Shown piece by piece: positions 53,432-63,739 of a DNA stretch of 64,000 nt. The stretch is from NCBI RefSeq assembly GCF_058153355.1, contig NZ_CM177019.1; one strand, 5' to 3'. Below the pieces are notes generated by a model, which saw only the letters and a program-made list of their open reading frames with translations, was not told the origin of the DNA and searched no databases. The first letter of the stretch is position 1, and every line of letters starts with the position of its first letter. The translations under genes were made by a program, and so were the position numbers.

Positions 53432-54787
53432 ATGTTTTCAGAAGTCATGCGTTATATTCTCGACCTCGGCCCTACGGTCATGTTGCCGATTGTCATCATT
53501 ATTTTTTCTAAGATATTAGGCATGAAGGCAGGCGATTGCTTTAAAGCGGGTCTGCATATCGGGATTGGCTTTGTTGGTATCGGCCTGGTGATTGGCTTAA
53601 TGCTGGATTCCATTGGCCCGGCGGCGAAAGCAATGGCGGAAAATTTCGACCTGAATCTGCATGTGGTCGATGTCGGCTGGCCGGGCTCTTCACCAATGAC
53701 CTAGGCGTCGCAAATTGCGCTGGTGGCGATTCCGATTGCGATTCTGGTTAACGTGGCGATGCTACTGACCCGTATGACGCGGGTGGTAAATGTTGATATA
53801 TGGAATATCTGGCATATGACCTTCACCGGCGCATTGCTGCATCTGGCAACCGGTTCATGGATGATAGGGATGGCGGGTGTGGTAATTCACGCGGCGTTTG
53901 TTTATAAGCTCGGCGACTGGTTTGCCCGCGATACCCGAAATTTCTTTGAGCTGGAAGGCATTGCTATTCCGCACGGTACGTCGGCGTATCTGGGGCCAAT
54001 TGCGGTGCTGGTCGATGTTATCATCGAGAAAATCCCAGGGGTTAACCGTATTAAATTTAGCGCCGACGATATTCAGCGCAAATTTGGCCCATTTGGCGAA
54101 CCTGTCACCGTGGGCTTTGTGATGGGGCTGATTATCGGCATCCTCGCGGGTTACGATGTCAAAGGTGTATTACAGCTGGCGGTAAAAACGGCGGCAGTTA
54201 TGCTGCTGATGCCACGGGTGATTAAACCCATCATGGATGGTTTAACGCCCATCGCTAAGCAGGCCCGTAGTCGTTTACAGGCGAAGTTCGGCGGTCAGGA
54301 GTTCCTGATTGGCCTTGATCCGGCGTTGCTGCTGGGGCATACGGCGGTGGTATCGGCAAGCCTGATTTTTATCCCGCTCACCATTTTAATTGCTGTTTGT
54401 GTTCCGGGTAATCAGGTACTGCCGTTTGGCGACCTTGCCACCATCGGCTTCTTTGTTGCGATGGCAGTTGCCGTGCATCGTGGAAATCTGTTCCGCACCT
54501 TAATCTCGGGTGTCATCATTATGAGCATCACCCTGTGGATCGCGACGCAAACTATTGGTTTGCACACCCAACTGGCGGCTAATGCTGGGGCGTTAAAAGC
54601 CGGGGGCATGGTGGCTTCAATGGATCAGGGCGGTTCTCCCATTACCTGGTTACTGATTCAGGTTTTCTCCCCGCAAAATATTCCCGGTTTCATTATTATC
54701 GGTGCCATTTATCTTACCGGTATTTTCATGACCTGGCGTAGAGCGCGCGGCTTTATTAAACAAGAGAAAGCCGTTCTCGCAGAATAA
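53432..54787 (+). pseudogene. gatC: Galactitol PTS enzyme IIC interrupted by an in-frame amber (TAG) codon at 53702..53704
   Basis: ORFs 53432..53704 and 53723..54787 are in the same frame separated by a single TAG; the codon encodes Trp (TGG) in intact GatC as I recall it. Confidence 0.7.
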
Positions 54788-55326
54788 TTTTTACCTGAGG
54801 GGGAGTTTATCCCCCTTAATAATCAGGAGTTTTTATGAAATCAGTGGTGAATGATACTGATGGTATCGTACGCGTTGCCCAACGAGTCATTCCTGAAATT
54901 AAACATCAGGATGAGGTGCGGGTAAAAATTGCCAGCTCGGGATTATGTGGTTCCGATTTACCCAGAATTTTTAAAAATGGTGCACATTATTATCCAATAA
55001 CGTTAGGCCATGAATTTAGCGGCTATATTGATGCTGTGGGATCCGGTGTTGATGATTTACATCCTGGCGATGCGGTTGCCTGTGTGCCGTTATTACCCTG
55101 TTTTACTTGTCCAGAGTGTCTGAAAGGGTTTTATTCCCAGTGCGCAAAATATGATTTTATTGGCTCACGGCGTGATGGTGGGTTTGCCGAATATATTGTC
55201 GTTAAGCGGAAAAATGTCTTTGCTCTACCTGCGCATATGCCTATTGAGGATGGGGCTTTTATTGAACCGATTACCGTTGGCCTGCATGCTTTCCATTTAG
55301 CGCAAGGTTGTGAGAATAAAAACGTT

Positions 55327-55339
55327 ATTATTATTGGTG
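55327..55339. repeat. Left copy of 13-bp target site duplication attattattggtg
   Basis: Identical 13-mer at 56766..56778. Confidence 0.8.
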
Positions 55340-56765
55340 TAATGCCAGTCAGTTAAGCAACTGACTGGCTCTTTTTCGGGGCTGTGGGGTATTTCCAGGG
55401 CCTCTCCTTTACCACTCTCGGGAAGGCCCTTTCCCTTCTTGTCGGTAATTTCACAAGTTGTCCCATACTTGCAAGATCGCGCATCAGCTCCGGTATACGT
55501 CCCGGTGAAGCGCCCTGCAATGTCATCAGCATTCTCATCACCATTCCGCATGATTCTGAGAAACTCAGTTGATTCGGCCAGTAACCTTTCAGATGTTCCG
55601 CCATTTTAATCATCTGATATCTCACCAGATTATAAGCCAGTAAGACACCCCACAGCTCTTGCTCCACAAGCTCCGGCTTTTTACTTCTCAGCGTCAGCCT
55701 GCTCAGTTGCATCGTCTGTTTTATCTCCCTGTATCCCAGTTCGATTTCCCAGCGATGACTGTACAGATCCGCCATTTCTCCTCCGGGGAAGCGCATGGCG
55801 TCCGTCATCGACGTCAGCAGATGGCAGACTTTTCCTTTGCGCGTCACGGTCAGCAGGCGGGCTGTCACTTCATTTCCCAGTCCCGGCCACTTTTTTCGTG
55901 CCTGCGGGCTGGTTTTCAGCTTCACCAGATGATCGCCTTTACCCAGTTTTCTGATCTCTTCATATTGCGCTCCCTTTCTGAGAGGTATCATCCAGTGGCG
56001 GTGTTCTCCCGCCAGGCTCCAGGCATTTAACAGTCCCAGTGAGTAATAACCTTTATCCATTAACGTCAGAGTGTTATCGCCGGTTTGTTCTATAAGTTGC
56101 TCAGCAAGCTCATTTTCGCTGTTCTTCATCGTGCCGAAGGCTGCAGCCGTCAGCAGATGGCTGGTCAGTTCCATCTGGCAGACCATTTTGACCTGCGGGT
56201 AGAGCGCCGGGTTCCCGGCATGTGTCTGGCGGGGGAAGGCTGCATCGTTCTCTGGTGTATCCGGTGTGCGCCAGAACACACCATCGATGGCCAGCAGGGT
56301 CAGGCCGCACCAGTGCGGATGCGGCGTGGCGTTATGCCAGAGCTGCGCTGTTTTCGTGAACACGCGGCGGACAGCCTCACTTCCCAGGCGCTGGCGGGCC
56401 TGAATAACGGCACTGGGGGCAACGAAGGGGCGATTGCCCGGCAGCATGATGTCCAGGCGATTCACAATCTGGTGAAGAGGTTCTTTACGCTCAAGCGCCA
56501 TGCCAACAATACACCAGACCATCATTTCGAGGGGAAGACGGCGCTTGCGTAGCGTTACAGTACCTGATTCGGCAAGGCAACGAGAGATGAGTTCGGGGTC
56601 GAGGTAATCCCCCAGAGAAGTCAGTGGGTTACGCAGAGAATCGTAACGGGATACCAGATCAAGAGCCTGTCCAATGTGCATAAAAAAATCCGGAAACAAG
56701 TGAGCGTTTCCGGATTCTTACACAGCCACTGGATCGGTCAACTGATCCTTAACTGATCGGCATTA
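55340..56765 (-). mobile_element. IS4 insertion sequence (1426 bp)
   Basis: Terminal inverted repeats taatgccagtcagttaag / taatgccgatcagttaag; single transposase ORF; flanked by 13-bp direct duplication. Confidence 0.85.
55353..56681 (-). CDS. IS4 transposase (DDE family)
   Basis: 442 aa from [20 protein letters not shown]; ORF track starts at an upstream TTG. Confidence 0.85.
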   Translation of the reverse strand: MHIGQALDLVSRYDSLRNPLTSLGDYLDPELISRCLAESGTVTLRKRRLPLEMMVWCIVGMALERKEPLHQIVNRLDIMLPGNRPFVAPSAVIQARQRLGSEAVRRVFTKTAQLWHNATPHPHWCGLTLLAIDGVFWRTPDTPENDAAFPRQTHAGNPALYPQVKMVCQMELTSHLLTAAAFGTMKNSENELAEQLIEQTGDNTLTLMDKGYYSLGLLNAWSLAGEHRHWMIPLRKGAQYEEIRKLGKGDHLVKLKTSPQARKKWPGLGNEVTARLLTVTRKGKVCHLLTSMTDAMRFPGGEMADLYSHRWEIELGYREIKQTMQLSRLTLRSKKPELVEQELWGVLLAYNLVRYQMIKMAEHLKGYWPNQLSFSESCGMVMRMLMTLQGASPGRIPELMRDLASMGQLVKLPTRRERAFPRVVKERPWKYPTAPKKSQSVA

Positions 56766-56778
56766 ATTATTATTGGTG
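56766..56778. repeat. Right copy of 13-bp target site duplication attattattggtg
   Basis: Identical to 55327..55339. Confidence 0.8.
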
Positions 56779-57413
56779 CCGGAACCATTGGCCTGCTGGC
56801 CATTCAGTGCGCTGTCGCGCTGGGAGCAAAGAGTGTGACGGCTATCGACATTAGCTCAGAAAAACTGGCACTGGCAAAATCTTTCGGTGCGATGCAAACA
56901 TTTAACAGCCTTGAAATGAGCGCGCCGCAAATGCAGCCCGTTTTACGCGAGCTGCGCTTTAATCAGCTTATCCTCGAGACGGCTGGCGTCCCGCAAACCG
57001 TCGAACTGGCGGTAGAGATTGCCGGGCCTCATGCCCAGCTGGCGCTGGTGGGCACGTTGCATCAGGATCTGCATTTAACATCGACAACGTTTGGCAAAAT
57101 ATTACGTAAAGAGCTGACGGTTATCGGCAGTTGGATGAACTACTCCAGCCCTTGGCCGGGGCAGGAGTGGGAAACGGCGAGCCGGTTGCTGACAGAACGT
57201 AAGTTAAGCCTGGAGCCATTAATCGCTCACCGTGGAAGCTTTGAAAGCTTCGCCCAGGCGGTGCGTGACATCGCTCGTAATGCTATGCCGGGCAAAGTGT
57301 TGCTTATTCCCTGAAACCGCGGGCCAGCGTGATGCTGGCCCGGTATTGTGCAAAACAGATCATTCACCAATGGTCCCCCTTCGTTTACACTAGCCACAAT
57401 TGAATATGGGTAA

Positions 57414-58193
57414 ATGACGATGAATTCATTCGAGCGAAGGAATAAGATCATCCAATTAGTGAATGAACAGGGAACCGTGCTTGTTCAGGATCTGGCGGGA
57501 GTATTTGCTGCCTCGGAAGCGACAATCCGTGCCGATTTGCGCTTTCTCGAACAAAAAGGCGTGGTTACGCGCTTTCATGGCGGTGCGGCGAAAATAATGT
57601 CCGGTAATAATGAAACCGAGACCCAGGAAGTCGGGTTTAAAGAGCGATTTCAGCTCGCCAGCGCGCCGAAAAACAGAATAGCGCAGGCGGCAGTCAAAAT
57701 GATCCACGAAGGGATGACCGTTATTCTCGACAGCGGAAGTACGACAATGCTTATCGCCGAAGGTTTAATGACCGCCAAAAATATCACGGTGATTACCAAC
57801 AGTCTCCCGGCGGCGTTTGCCCTTTCCGAAAATAAAGACATTACTCTGGTCGTCTGTGGTGGCACGGTCCGCCATAAAACGCGCTCGATGCATGGCTCCA
57901 TTGCCGAGCGTTCATTGCAGGATATTAATGCCGATTTAATGTTTGTCGGTGCTGATGGTATTGATGCGGTTAATGGTATTACGACCTTTAATGAAGGTTA
58001 TTCGATTAGCGGTGCGATGGTCACAGCCGCTAATAAAGTGATTGCCGTTCTCGATTCATCGAAATTTAACCGTCGCGGTTTTAATCAGGTACTGCCAATC
58101 GAAAAAATTGACATTATTATTACTGATGATGCCGTGTCAGAGGTGGATAAACTGGCATTGCAGAAAACACGGGTGAAATTAATTACGGTGTAG
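57414..58193 (+). CDS. gatR: DeoR-family galactitol operon repressor (intact)
   Basis: 259 aa uninterrupted; N-terminal HTH. Confidence 0.85.
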   Translation: MTMNSFERRNKIIQLVNEQGTVLVQDLAGVFAASEATIRADLRFLEQKGVVTRFHGGAAKIMSGNNETETQEVGFKERFQLASAPKNRIAQAAVKMIHEGMTVILDSGSTTMLIAEGLMTAKNITVITNSLPAAFALSENKDITLVVCGGTVRHKTRSMHGSIAERSLQDINADLMFVGADGIDAVNGITTFNEGYSISGAMVTAANKVIAVLDSSKFNRRGFNQVLPIEKIDIIITDDAVSEVDKLALQKTRVKLITV

Positions 58194-58204
58194 CATTGTT
58201 CTTT

Positions 58205-58237
58205 ATGCCGGATAAGGTGTGTACACCGAATCCGGCA
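58205..58237. repeat. REP element
   Basis: atgccggataaggtgtgtacaccgaatccggca. Confidence 0.55.
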
Positions 58238-58274
58238 ACACTGATACTCCCTGAATTAAGAAAGGGAAATTTGA

Positions 58275-59174
58275 TTAACGCAATAATGGACAATCCGGTG
58301 GTAATCGACAGCGCAATGCTGCCGGAAGTATTTCAATATGGAAGTTTTGTCCACTCAACGGTTCGCCATCAAGATTAAAGGTAATTTCGTGTGGCGCTTG
58401 TATATCGAACCACGCCGAAGCACCTTCGATAATATTCGGGTTATCTTCGTCAGATTTTAAGGTTGATACGAGAGCCGGAAGAATTTCATCGCCGGTGAAA
58501 ATGCGTAGTTGCAGCAAGCCGTCGTTAATTAATGCGTTCGGGCACAATTGCTGACCGCCACCTGCCTGACGGCCGTTACCAATACCAATGACTAGTGCGT
58601 CACCTTGCCAGTGAAAGTTTTCACCGCGGATTTCACAACGGTCCGGTTGCAGTGTATCCATGCGCATTAAGCCGTGAATGATGTAAGAGACGCCACCCAG
58701 CGCGGCTTTTAATTTTTCCGGCGTTTCTGTGGTAATACGTGTCCCAAACCCACCCGTTGCCATATTAATAAAACAGGTTTTTTTGTTGACCTGCGCCATA
58801 TCAATCGCAATAGCATCACCAGCAATTGCTAGTTTCAGCGCCTTATCCAGTGCCTCAGGTATACCCACGCTGGTCGCGAAATCGTTCGCTGTACCTAGTG
58901 GCAAAATCCCCAGCGCGGGTATGTCATCGCCCTCACACTGAATCAGCGCCGAGGAAACTTCATTAATAGTGCCATCGCCGCCACCGGCAATTACCGTTGC
59001 GACGCCCAGCTTCCGGGCCTCTTCTACAAATCGGGCGGCATCGCCTTTCTCCCAGGTGACCCGCACATGGATCGTCATTCCTTCCTCGCGCAACAGCATA
59101 ATTGCTTCGCGCAAGGGTTGATTGTCAGTACTTTTGCCGTTAAGAATCAGTAAGCTGGCGGGAAATTCTGCCAT
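58275..59174 (-). CDS. yegS: Lipid kinase YegS (diacylglycerol kinase catalytic domain family)
   Basis: 299 aa; GGDGT motif. Confidence 0.85.
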   Translation of the reverse strand: MAEFPASLLILNGKSTDNQPLREAIMLLREEGMTIHVRVTWEKGDAARFVEEARKLGVATVIAGGGDGTINEVSSALIQCEGDDIPALGILPLGTANDFATSVGIPEALDKALKLAIAGDAIAIDMAQVNKKTCFINMATGGFGTRITTETPEKLKAALGGVSYIIHGLMRMDTLQPDRCEIRGENFHWQGDALVIGIGNGRQAGGGQQLCPNALINDGLLQLRIFTGDEILPALVSTLKSDEDNPNIIEGASAWFDIQAPHEITFNLDGEPLSGQNFHIEILPAALRCRLPPDCPLLR

Positions 59175-59257
59175 AATCGTATGCCTTTATGATTGGTCTG
59201 TAGATAGTGTAGAGCAGAAAAGAAAAGGCGGAGTCAGAACAGGATGAAAATCGGAGG

Positions 59258-59390
59258 ATAAAAAATCAGTTCAAGGATGGGGAATTCAGTGGTTACCAGT
59301 AAGGGGGGCAACGGTACACTCGGTTTTTATCGGCATAAATGATCACTGAAAGCACTTAAGCATTATTTTACTGTGGATTCAGCGTGGCAG
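59258..59390. repeat. Degenerate copy of the P2-type attachment core plus int-proximal arm
   Basis: By-eye alignment to 60321..60455, estimated 70-75% identity: ataaaaaat, accagta.ggggg, caacggtaca, cggcataaat, cactgaaagc, tactgtgga. Confidence 0.5.
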
Positions 59391-59530
59391 CGAACATTAA
59401 CGGTAGTCAGGGACAAACTTCAAAAGAGCATATGCATCATATTCAACAAAGCAATGGCATCCTCAATGTACGATTCCAATTATATTAAATAATTCCTATG
59501 AGGTTATCTGTGATAGGCCTCCATGTCTGT

Positions 59531-59552
59531 ATTTCCTACTTATGTAGGAAAT
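59531..59552. promoter_or_regulatory. Perfect 22-bp palindrome (candidate operator) upstream of yegR
   Basis: atttcctac-ttat-gtaggaaat, ~19 bp upstream of a TATAAT hexamer at ~59571..59576. Confidence 0.4.
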
Positions 59553-59656
59553 TCTGCACAAAACATTTATTATAATCCTATTCAATAATGACAATGATGT
59601 CATTATTATATTTCAACACTAGAGAGTGTCGTTGGTGTTTAATGGGGGAAGGTGAG

Positions 59657-59974
59657 ATGAAAAAGACAGTTGCTATATCATTAATTAGTGTTTTTCTTAT
59701 GTCTGGTTGTGCTGTGCATAATGATGAGACAAGTATCGGTAAATTCGGTCTTGCCTATAAAAGTAATATCCAGCGTAAACTCGATAACCAATACTACACT
59801 GAAGCCGAAGCATCTTTAGCCAGGGGCAGAATATCTGGTGCGGAAAATATAGTGAAAAATGATGCAGCTAATTTCTGTGTTACTCAGGGCAAAAAAATGC
59901 AGATAGTTAACCTGAAGACTGAAGGGGCAGGATTACATGGCGTCGCGCGTCTGACATTCAAATGTGGAGAGTGA
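59657..59974 (+). CDS. yegR: Small lipoprotein YegR
   Basis: 105 aa from MKKTVAISLISVFLMSGC; lipobox LMSGC. Confidence 0.8.
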   Translation: MKKTVAISLISVFLMSGCAVHNDETSIGKFGLAYKSNIQRKLDNQYYTEAEASLARGRISGAENIVKNDAANFCVTQGKKMQIVNLKTEGAGLHGVARLTFKCGE

Positions 59975-60322
59975 GAATAGATTCAAGACTACCATGGACA
60001 CATCCATTTTTATCTCTGATAAGGTATTCTTCAACACCATTATTGAATGTGAGTAATAATGACAAGCAGATAGATGAAACTACAGCAGAATTTTTATTTT
60101 ATGCGGCTATCAGAAAATGATGGCATAAATATTCCTATGCTTTAGCTTCATTTTTTGTAAGCGTCAAACATGCGCGTTCTGGCTGTGCGTAGCCGGACCC
60201 TGTGCGAGCACGATGCCGTTAAGTGAAAGGCATCGTGCTATGAAGGGGAATTCTATCGATATGGTCAATGGAAGGAGGTAACCAGGTATGAATCCTTCCT
60301 TCTGTTTCATTGAATTACGCAT

Positions 60323-60349
60323 AAAAAATAAGCCCGTGTAAGGGAGATT
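60323..60349. other. P2-type attachment core at the host/prophage junction (attL)
   Basis: aaaaaataagcccgtgtaagggagatt, the 27-bp P2 core as I recall it, ~80 bp from the int stop. Confidence 0.7.
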
Positions 60350-60428
60350 TAGGGTGTCACCAGTAGGGGCTTTCAACGGTACAATGCGGGTTTGAGCGGC
60401 ATAAATTACCACTGAAAGCCCTTAAACG

Positions 60429-61442
60429 TTACTCTACTGTGGACACTGTGTGGACACTCTCGGCCTCAGTACCACCTCTTAGCGGATTAAGAGAAATGGC
60501 GTCCTGAAGGTACTCTGGCGCAAAGTGAGCGTAAACCATAGTTTGCTCAATCCGCGTGTGACCTAGTATCCGTTGTAGCGTGATAATACTTCCTCCATTA
60601 ATCATGAAATGAGTGGCAAAGCTGTGCCTTAGTGCATGTGTGGCTTGCCCCATTGGCAAATCCGGTTTTATTGCTTTCATTGTTCGTCTGAAGCGAGGGT
60701 AATCAGCATCAGGGAATAAAAAACCTCGTTTGTTATCCGCGATCATTTTGGCAACAGCCTCTGAGATCGGGACGGTGCGTGGTTTGTTTGTTTTCGTTTT
60801 AACAAACGTGACGCGGTTATGGATGATATTTTCTGCTTTCAAACGAGCTGCTTCTCCCCAACGTGCTCCAGTACTCAGGCAAAGAATCGCAATCTTTTTA
60901 TTGTCGCCGTCAAGAGCAGCAAGCAGTAAGGCAATTTCTTCCTGCGTGAGATAGCCTGTGTCTGGTTTTTCCTCCTTAAGCCTTTTTGTCCCTCTGATAG
61001 GGTGCTCACCAAAGAATAACTCCGCTTCAATCAGGGCTGTAAACATGCCGCTAATACATGTTAAATCACGATTGATACTCGAAGGTTTAATACCCTGACT
61101 TCTTCGGGTGGCGCAGTACTGGCTGATAAGCGATTTCGTAATTTGAAATGCGCATGGGTCATTCGTTATTTTTGTGAAGATTTCAATTTTTCCAAGATTA
61201 GATTTCCCATGCTCTTCGTGTTTACCCTTTAAATCCCACCAGATCTGTGTCAGCTCCGACAGACGTCGCTTGTCTGTTGGTTTTGATAGCCATTCTTTAT
61301 TGTGGTGGTTGTACAACGTGTATTTCTCGAAAGCGACAGCTTCGCTTTTCTTATCAAACTTCCTACGGATGCGTTTTCCATTACGTCCAGTAGGGCGGAT
61401 GTCCACTTCATATCGACCATCATCGAGTTTTTTGATTGCCAT
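60429..61442 (-). CDS. int: P2-type tyrosine integrase
   Basis: 337 aa; catalytic RxxR...HxxRH...Y signature in the C-terminus. Confidence 0.9.
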   Translation of the reverse strand: MAIKKLDDGRYEVDIRPTGRNGKRIRRKFDKKSEAVAFEKYTLYNHHNKEWLSKPTDKRRLSELTQIWWDLKGKHEEHGKSNLGKIEIFTKITNDPCAFQITKSLISQYCATRRSQGIKPSSINRDLTCISGMFTALIEAELFFGEHPIRGTKRLKEEKPDTGYLTQEEIALLLAALDGDNKKIAILCLSTGARWGEAARLKAENIIHNRVTFVKTKTNKPRTVPISEAVAKMIADNKRGFLFPDADYPRFRRTMKAIKPDLPMGQATHALRHSFATHFMINGGSIITLQRILGHTRIEQTMVYAHFAPEYLQDAISLNPLRGGTEAESVHTVSTVE

Positions 61443-61557
61443 CAGAAAACCCTCCGAGTGGTGTGTTTTTTGGCGACTACTAATCGCTTTTTTCGTGGTG
61501 GCTGAAATTTAGCCACCAATAGTAGGCACTTGTGATGAATATATTCACGATGAATTG

Positions 61558-61857
61558 TTAACCAGTCTTTTGACCGGAGTGGGGCGACGTTGTTTCGTTT
61601 TGCCCAAAGTGTGCGAGAGCGGGCGCAATTTGCCCGGACTCAGGAGCGATCTGATTGGTCATGAACCATAAAGTGTATTTGGTGAATTGTGGGGTCTGCA
61701 GGATGTTCATCATGACATCTGTTGGAGGTGTTGAACGACCACTTTCATAGTAACTCAGCGTGCCATACGGAACCCCTGTTAAATCAGCAAGTTGTTGTCT
61801 GCTCAAATACTCTGATTTTCGCATTAAGACTATCTTCTCGCTTATCGTGTTTGACAT
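61558..61857 (-). CDS. C: P2-type immunity repressor C
   Basis: 99 aa with HTH (LSRQQLADLTGVPYGTLSYYESGRSTP). Confidence 0.85.
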   Translation of the reverse strand: MSNTISEKIVLMRKSEYLSRQQLADLTGVPYGTLSYYESGRSTPPTDVMMNILQTPQFTKYTLWFMTNQIAPESGQIAPALAHFGQNETTSPHSGQKTG

Positions 61858-61971
61858 GGTGTTTAGATCTCAATAGTATTTAGTTTAGATGTAGATTGTT
61901 TAGTGCTTGGATGTGGGCACTAAAAGGCATTATAAGGCATTAAACGCAATTCATGAGGGCTGGAGGACGAC
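61858..61971. promoter_or_regulatory. P2 Pc/Pe divergent promoter-operator switch region
   Basis: Divergent C and cox starts; tttagat-type direct repeats (tttagatctc, tttagtttagatgtagattgtttag). Confidence 0.6.
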
Positions 61972-62247
61972 ATGAGCAAGCAAGTAACACTCATGACTGA
62001 TGCGATTCCTTATCAGGAGTTCGCAAAACTAATAGGAAAATCGACAGGAGCGGTTCGTCGGATGATCGATAAAGGAAAGCTGCCTGTAATTGATATGACC
62101 GATCCACAATCAGCTTCAGGTCGTGCAGGTGAATATTGGGTATACCTTCCGGCATGGAATAACGGACTAAAACTGGCTTATGAAAGCCGCCCTAAAGAGA
62201 TTCGTGACGGCTGGTTGATGTGGTTAGGTCTCGGTGAACCACGTTAA
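61972..62247 (+). CDS. cox: P2 Cox (excisionase / repressor of Pc)
   Basis: 91 aa, first gene of the early rightward operon. Confidence 0.85.
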   Translation: MSKQVTLMTDAIPYQEFAKLIGKSTGAVRRMIDKGKLPVIDMTDPQSASGRAGEYWVYLPAWNNGLKLAYESRPKEIRDGWLMWLGLGEPR

Positions 62248-62428
62248 GGAGAACCGTATGAATGAGCCTCGTTGTATTGCTCAGTTACTGCGTAACGAAA
62301 GCCCCAGGGCGATTGACTTCAACATCACCCACGGTAAGGGGCGTAAGGGAATCATTATCCGCACCAAAAAACAGAGTCCGTTAAAAAAGGCTCTGACCTT
62401 TCTGAAAAGCCGGAGGGTATGGAAATGA
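62234..62428 (+). CDS. P2 orf78-like small protein
   Basis: 64 aa ORF overlapping the cox end, in P2 gene order. Confidence 0.6.
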   Translation: MNHVKENRMNEPRCIAQLLRNESPRAIDFNITHGKGRKGIIIRTKKQSPLKKALTFLKSRRVWK

Positions 62429-62925
62429 CAGTGATGACGCTCAATCTCGTTGAAAAACAGCCAGCAACTATGCGCCGGATAATTGGTAAGCATCTGGCCG
62501 TCCCTCGCTGGCAGGAGACATGCGATTATTATAATCAGATGATGGAACGTGAACGGCTAACGGTTTGCTTCCATGCGCAGTTAAAACAGCGTCACGCAAC
62601 GATGCGTTTTGAAGAAATGAACGACGTCGAACGTGAACGACTGGTATGTGCAATTGATGAATTGCGTGGGGCATTCTCAAAACGCCGTCAGGTTGGCGCA
62701 AGTGAGTATGCATATATTAGTTTTTTAACAGTCAGTCAGCGTCGCACTTTATTTATGCACGCACGACTGACAGAAAAAGAATTTAACCAGCCATACTGGC
62801 GAATTAATGAAGAATCATGTTACTGGCGTGATGCTTTATTCCGTGCATTACGTGAATTATTCAGTCTGTTTGAGTATGCACCGACAATTCTGACGTCGGT
62901 AAAACCAGAGCAATATCTGCATTAA
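62425..62925 (+). CDS. B: P2 replication protein B
   Basis: ~166 aa; position after cox/orf78. Confidence 0.75.
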   Translation: MTVMTLNLVEKQPATMRRIIGKHLAVPRWQETCDYYNQMMERERLTVCFHAQLKQRHATMRFEEMNDVERERLVCAIDELRGAFSKRRQVGASEYAYISFLTVSQRRTLFMHARLTEKEFNQPYWRINEESCYWRDALFRALRELFSLFEYAPTILTSVKPEQYLH

Positions 62926-62955
62926 GTAATTAACCAGAGTTTTTAACGCACTTAA

Positions 62956-63213
62956 TTGTGCGGGGCTTCTTTTTGCCTGGAGAAAGTCATGCATACAGTT
63001 TCTGAAAATCAGTGCGGTATATACGCATTACTGCTGCAACAGGCCAGAACCGAAGCACAGGCTGACGCTGCGACGCGCTTTTCTTCTCATCTTGACGCCA
63101 TGATTCGCCACATCACAAAGGCGGAGTTATCCCGCGTGGAGATAGTCGAGCTGCTCAGTCAGGAGTCGGAAAAATTTCACAATATCGGATTGTCTCGTGG
63201 GGAGGTGCTTTGA
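62956..63213 (+). CDS. P2 orf80-like protein
   Basis: 85 aa ORF in the early operon. Confidence 0.6.
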
Positions 63214-63515
63214 TGTCCTGTTCTCATTCAGTTGTATTACTGAATAACGCCTTAAAAATCGCCGTTATGGAAAATGGCGATTTGTCTCTTATTCAACTTG
63301 GTCTTGATAAAGAAAAGCGCGACATAACTGAATCTGTTATCGCGATTTATCAGAGCGAATTAAACCTCCTGTCTGATGTGATCAATTTACTTGTGAAACG
63401 CGCTGTATTTCACAAGCAAATTTCCTCAGTGGATGAACTGACAAAATTAACGACAGAACTCGCCAGCTATTGCGCTGATGAATTTAAGAAACTGAACGAC
63501 AAAAGGAACTGGTAA
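63210..63515 (+). CDS. P2 orf81-like protein
   Basis: 101 aa; 4-bp overlap with previous ORF. Confidence 0.6.
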
Positions 63516-63739
63516 TGCCGGACAACGTAGATTTCATTCAGGAACAACAGGCTGAATTACTGGAGCGCCAGATTAACGCGGCAAGGGTAAAACATTGCGG
63601 TGCTTCTGCGCTGGTTTGCGAAGAGTGTGACGCGCCAATACCTGCTGCCCGTCGTGCGGCTTATCCGTCAGCCACGCGTTGTGTTTCCTGTCAGTCAGTC
63701 TTTGAAGCAAAAAACAAACATTACCGGAGAACGGCATGA
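63515..63739 (+). CDS. P2 orf82-like TraR/DksA-family zinc-finger protein
   Basis: 74 aa with C-x2-C ... C-x2-C motif. Confidence 0.65.
   Translation: MPDNVDFIQEQQAELLERQINAARVKHCGASALVCEECDAPIPAARRAAYPSATRCVSCQSVFEAKNKHYRRTA

Larger units (their letters stand above)
54835..57314 (+). pseudogene. gatD: Galactitol-1-phosphate dehydrogenase disrupted by IS4 insertion
   Basis: N-terminal 168 codons (54835..55339) and C-terminal part (56766..57314) are in-frame once the 1426-bp element and one copy of the duplication are removed. Confidence 0.85.

Noticed and set aside
53432-54787. gatC split read as a frameshift
   Set aside because: Both parts are in the same frame; the lesion is a single in-frame TAG codon.
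55659-56552. Two plus-strand ORFs (123 and 155 aa) inside IS4
   Set aside because: Antisense to the IS4 transposase; IS4 encodes a single transposase.
60164-60412. 82-aa minus-strand ORF spanning the att core
   Set aside because: Covers the attachment core and integrase-binding arm; GTG start with no ribosome-binding site.
60300-60430. Possible tRNA gene at the prophage integration site
   Set aside because: No cloverleaf-capable sequence or CCA-proximal acceptor stem seen; P2-type phages integrate at a non-tRNA core, and the 27-bp core is present.
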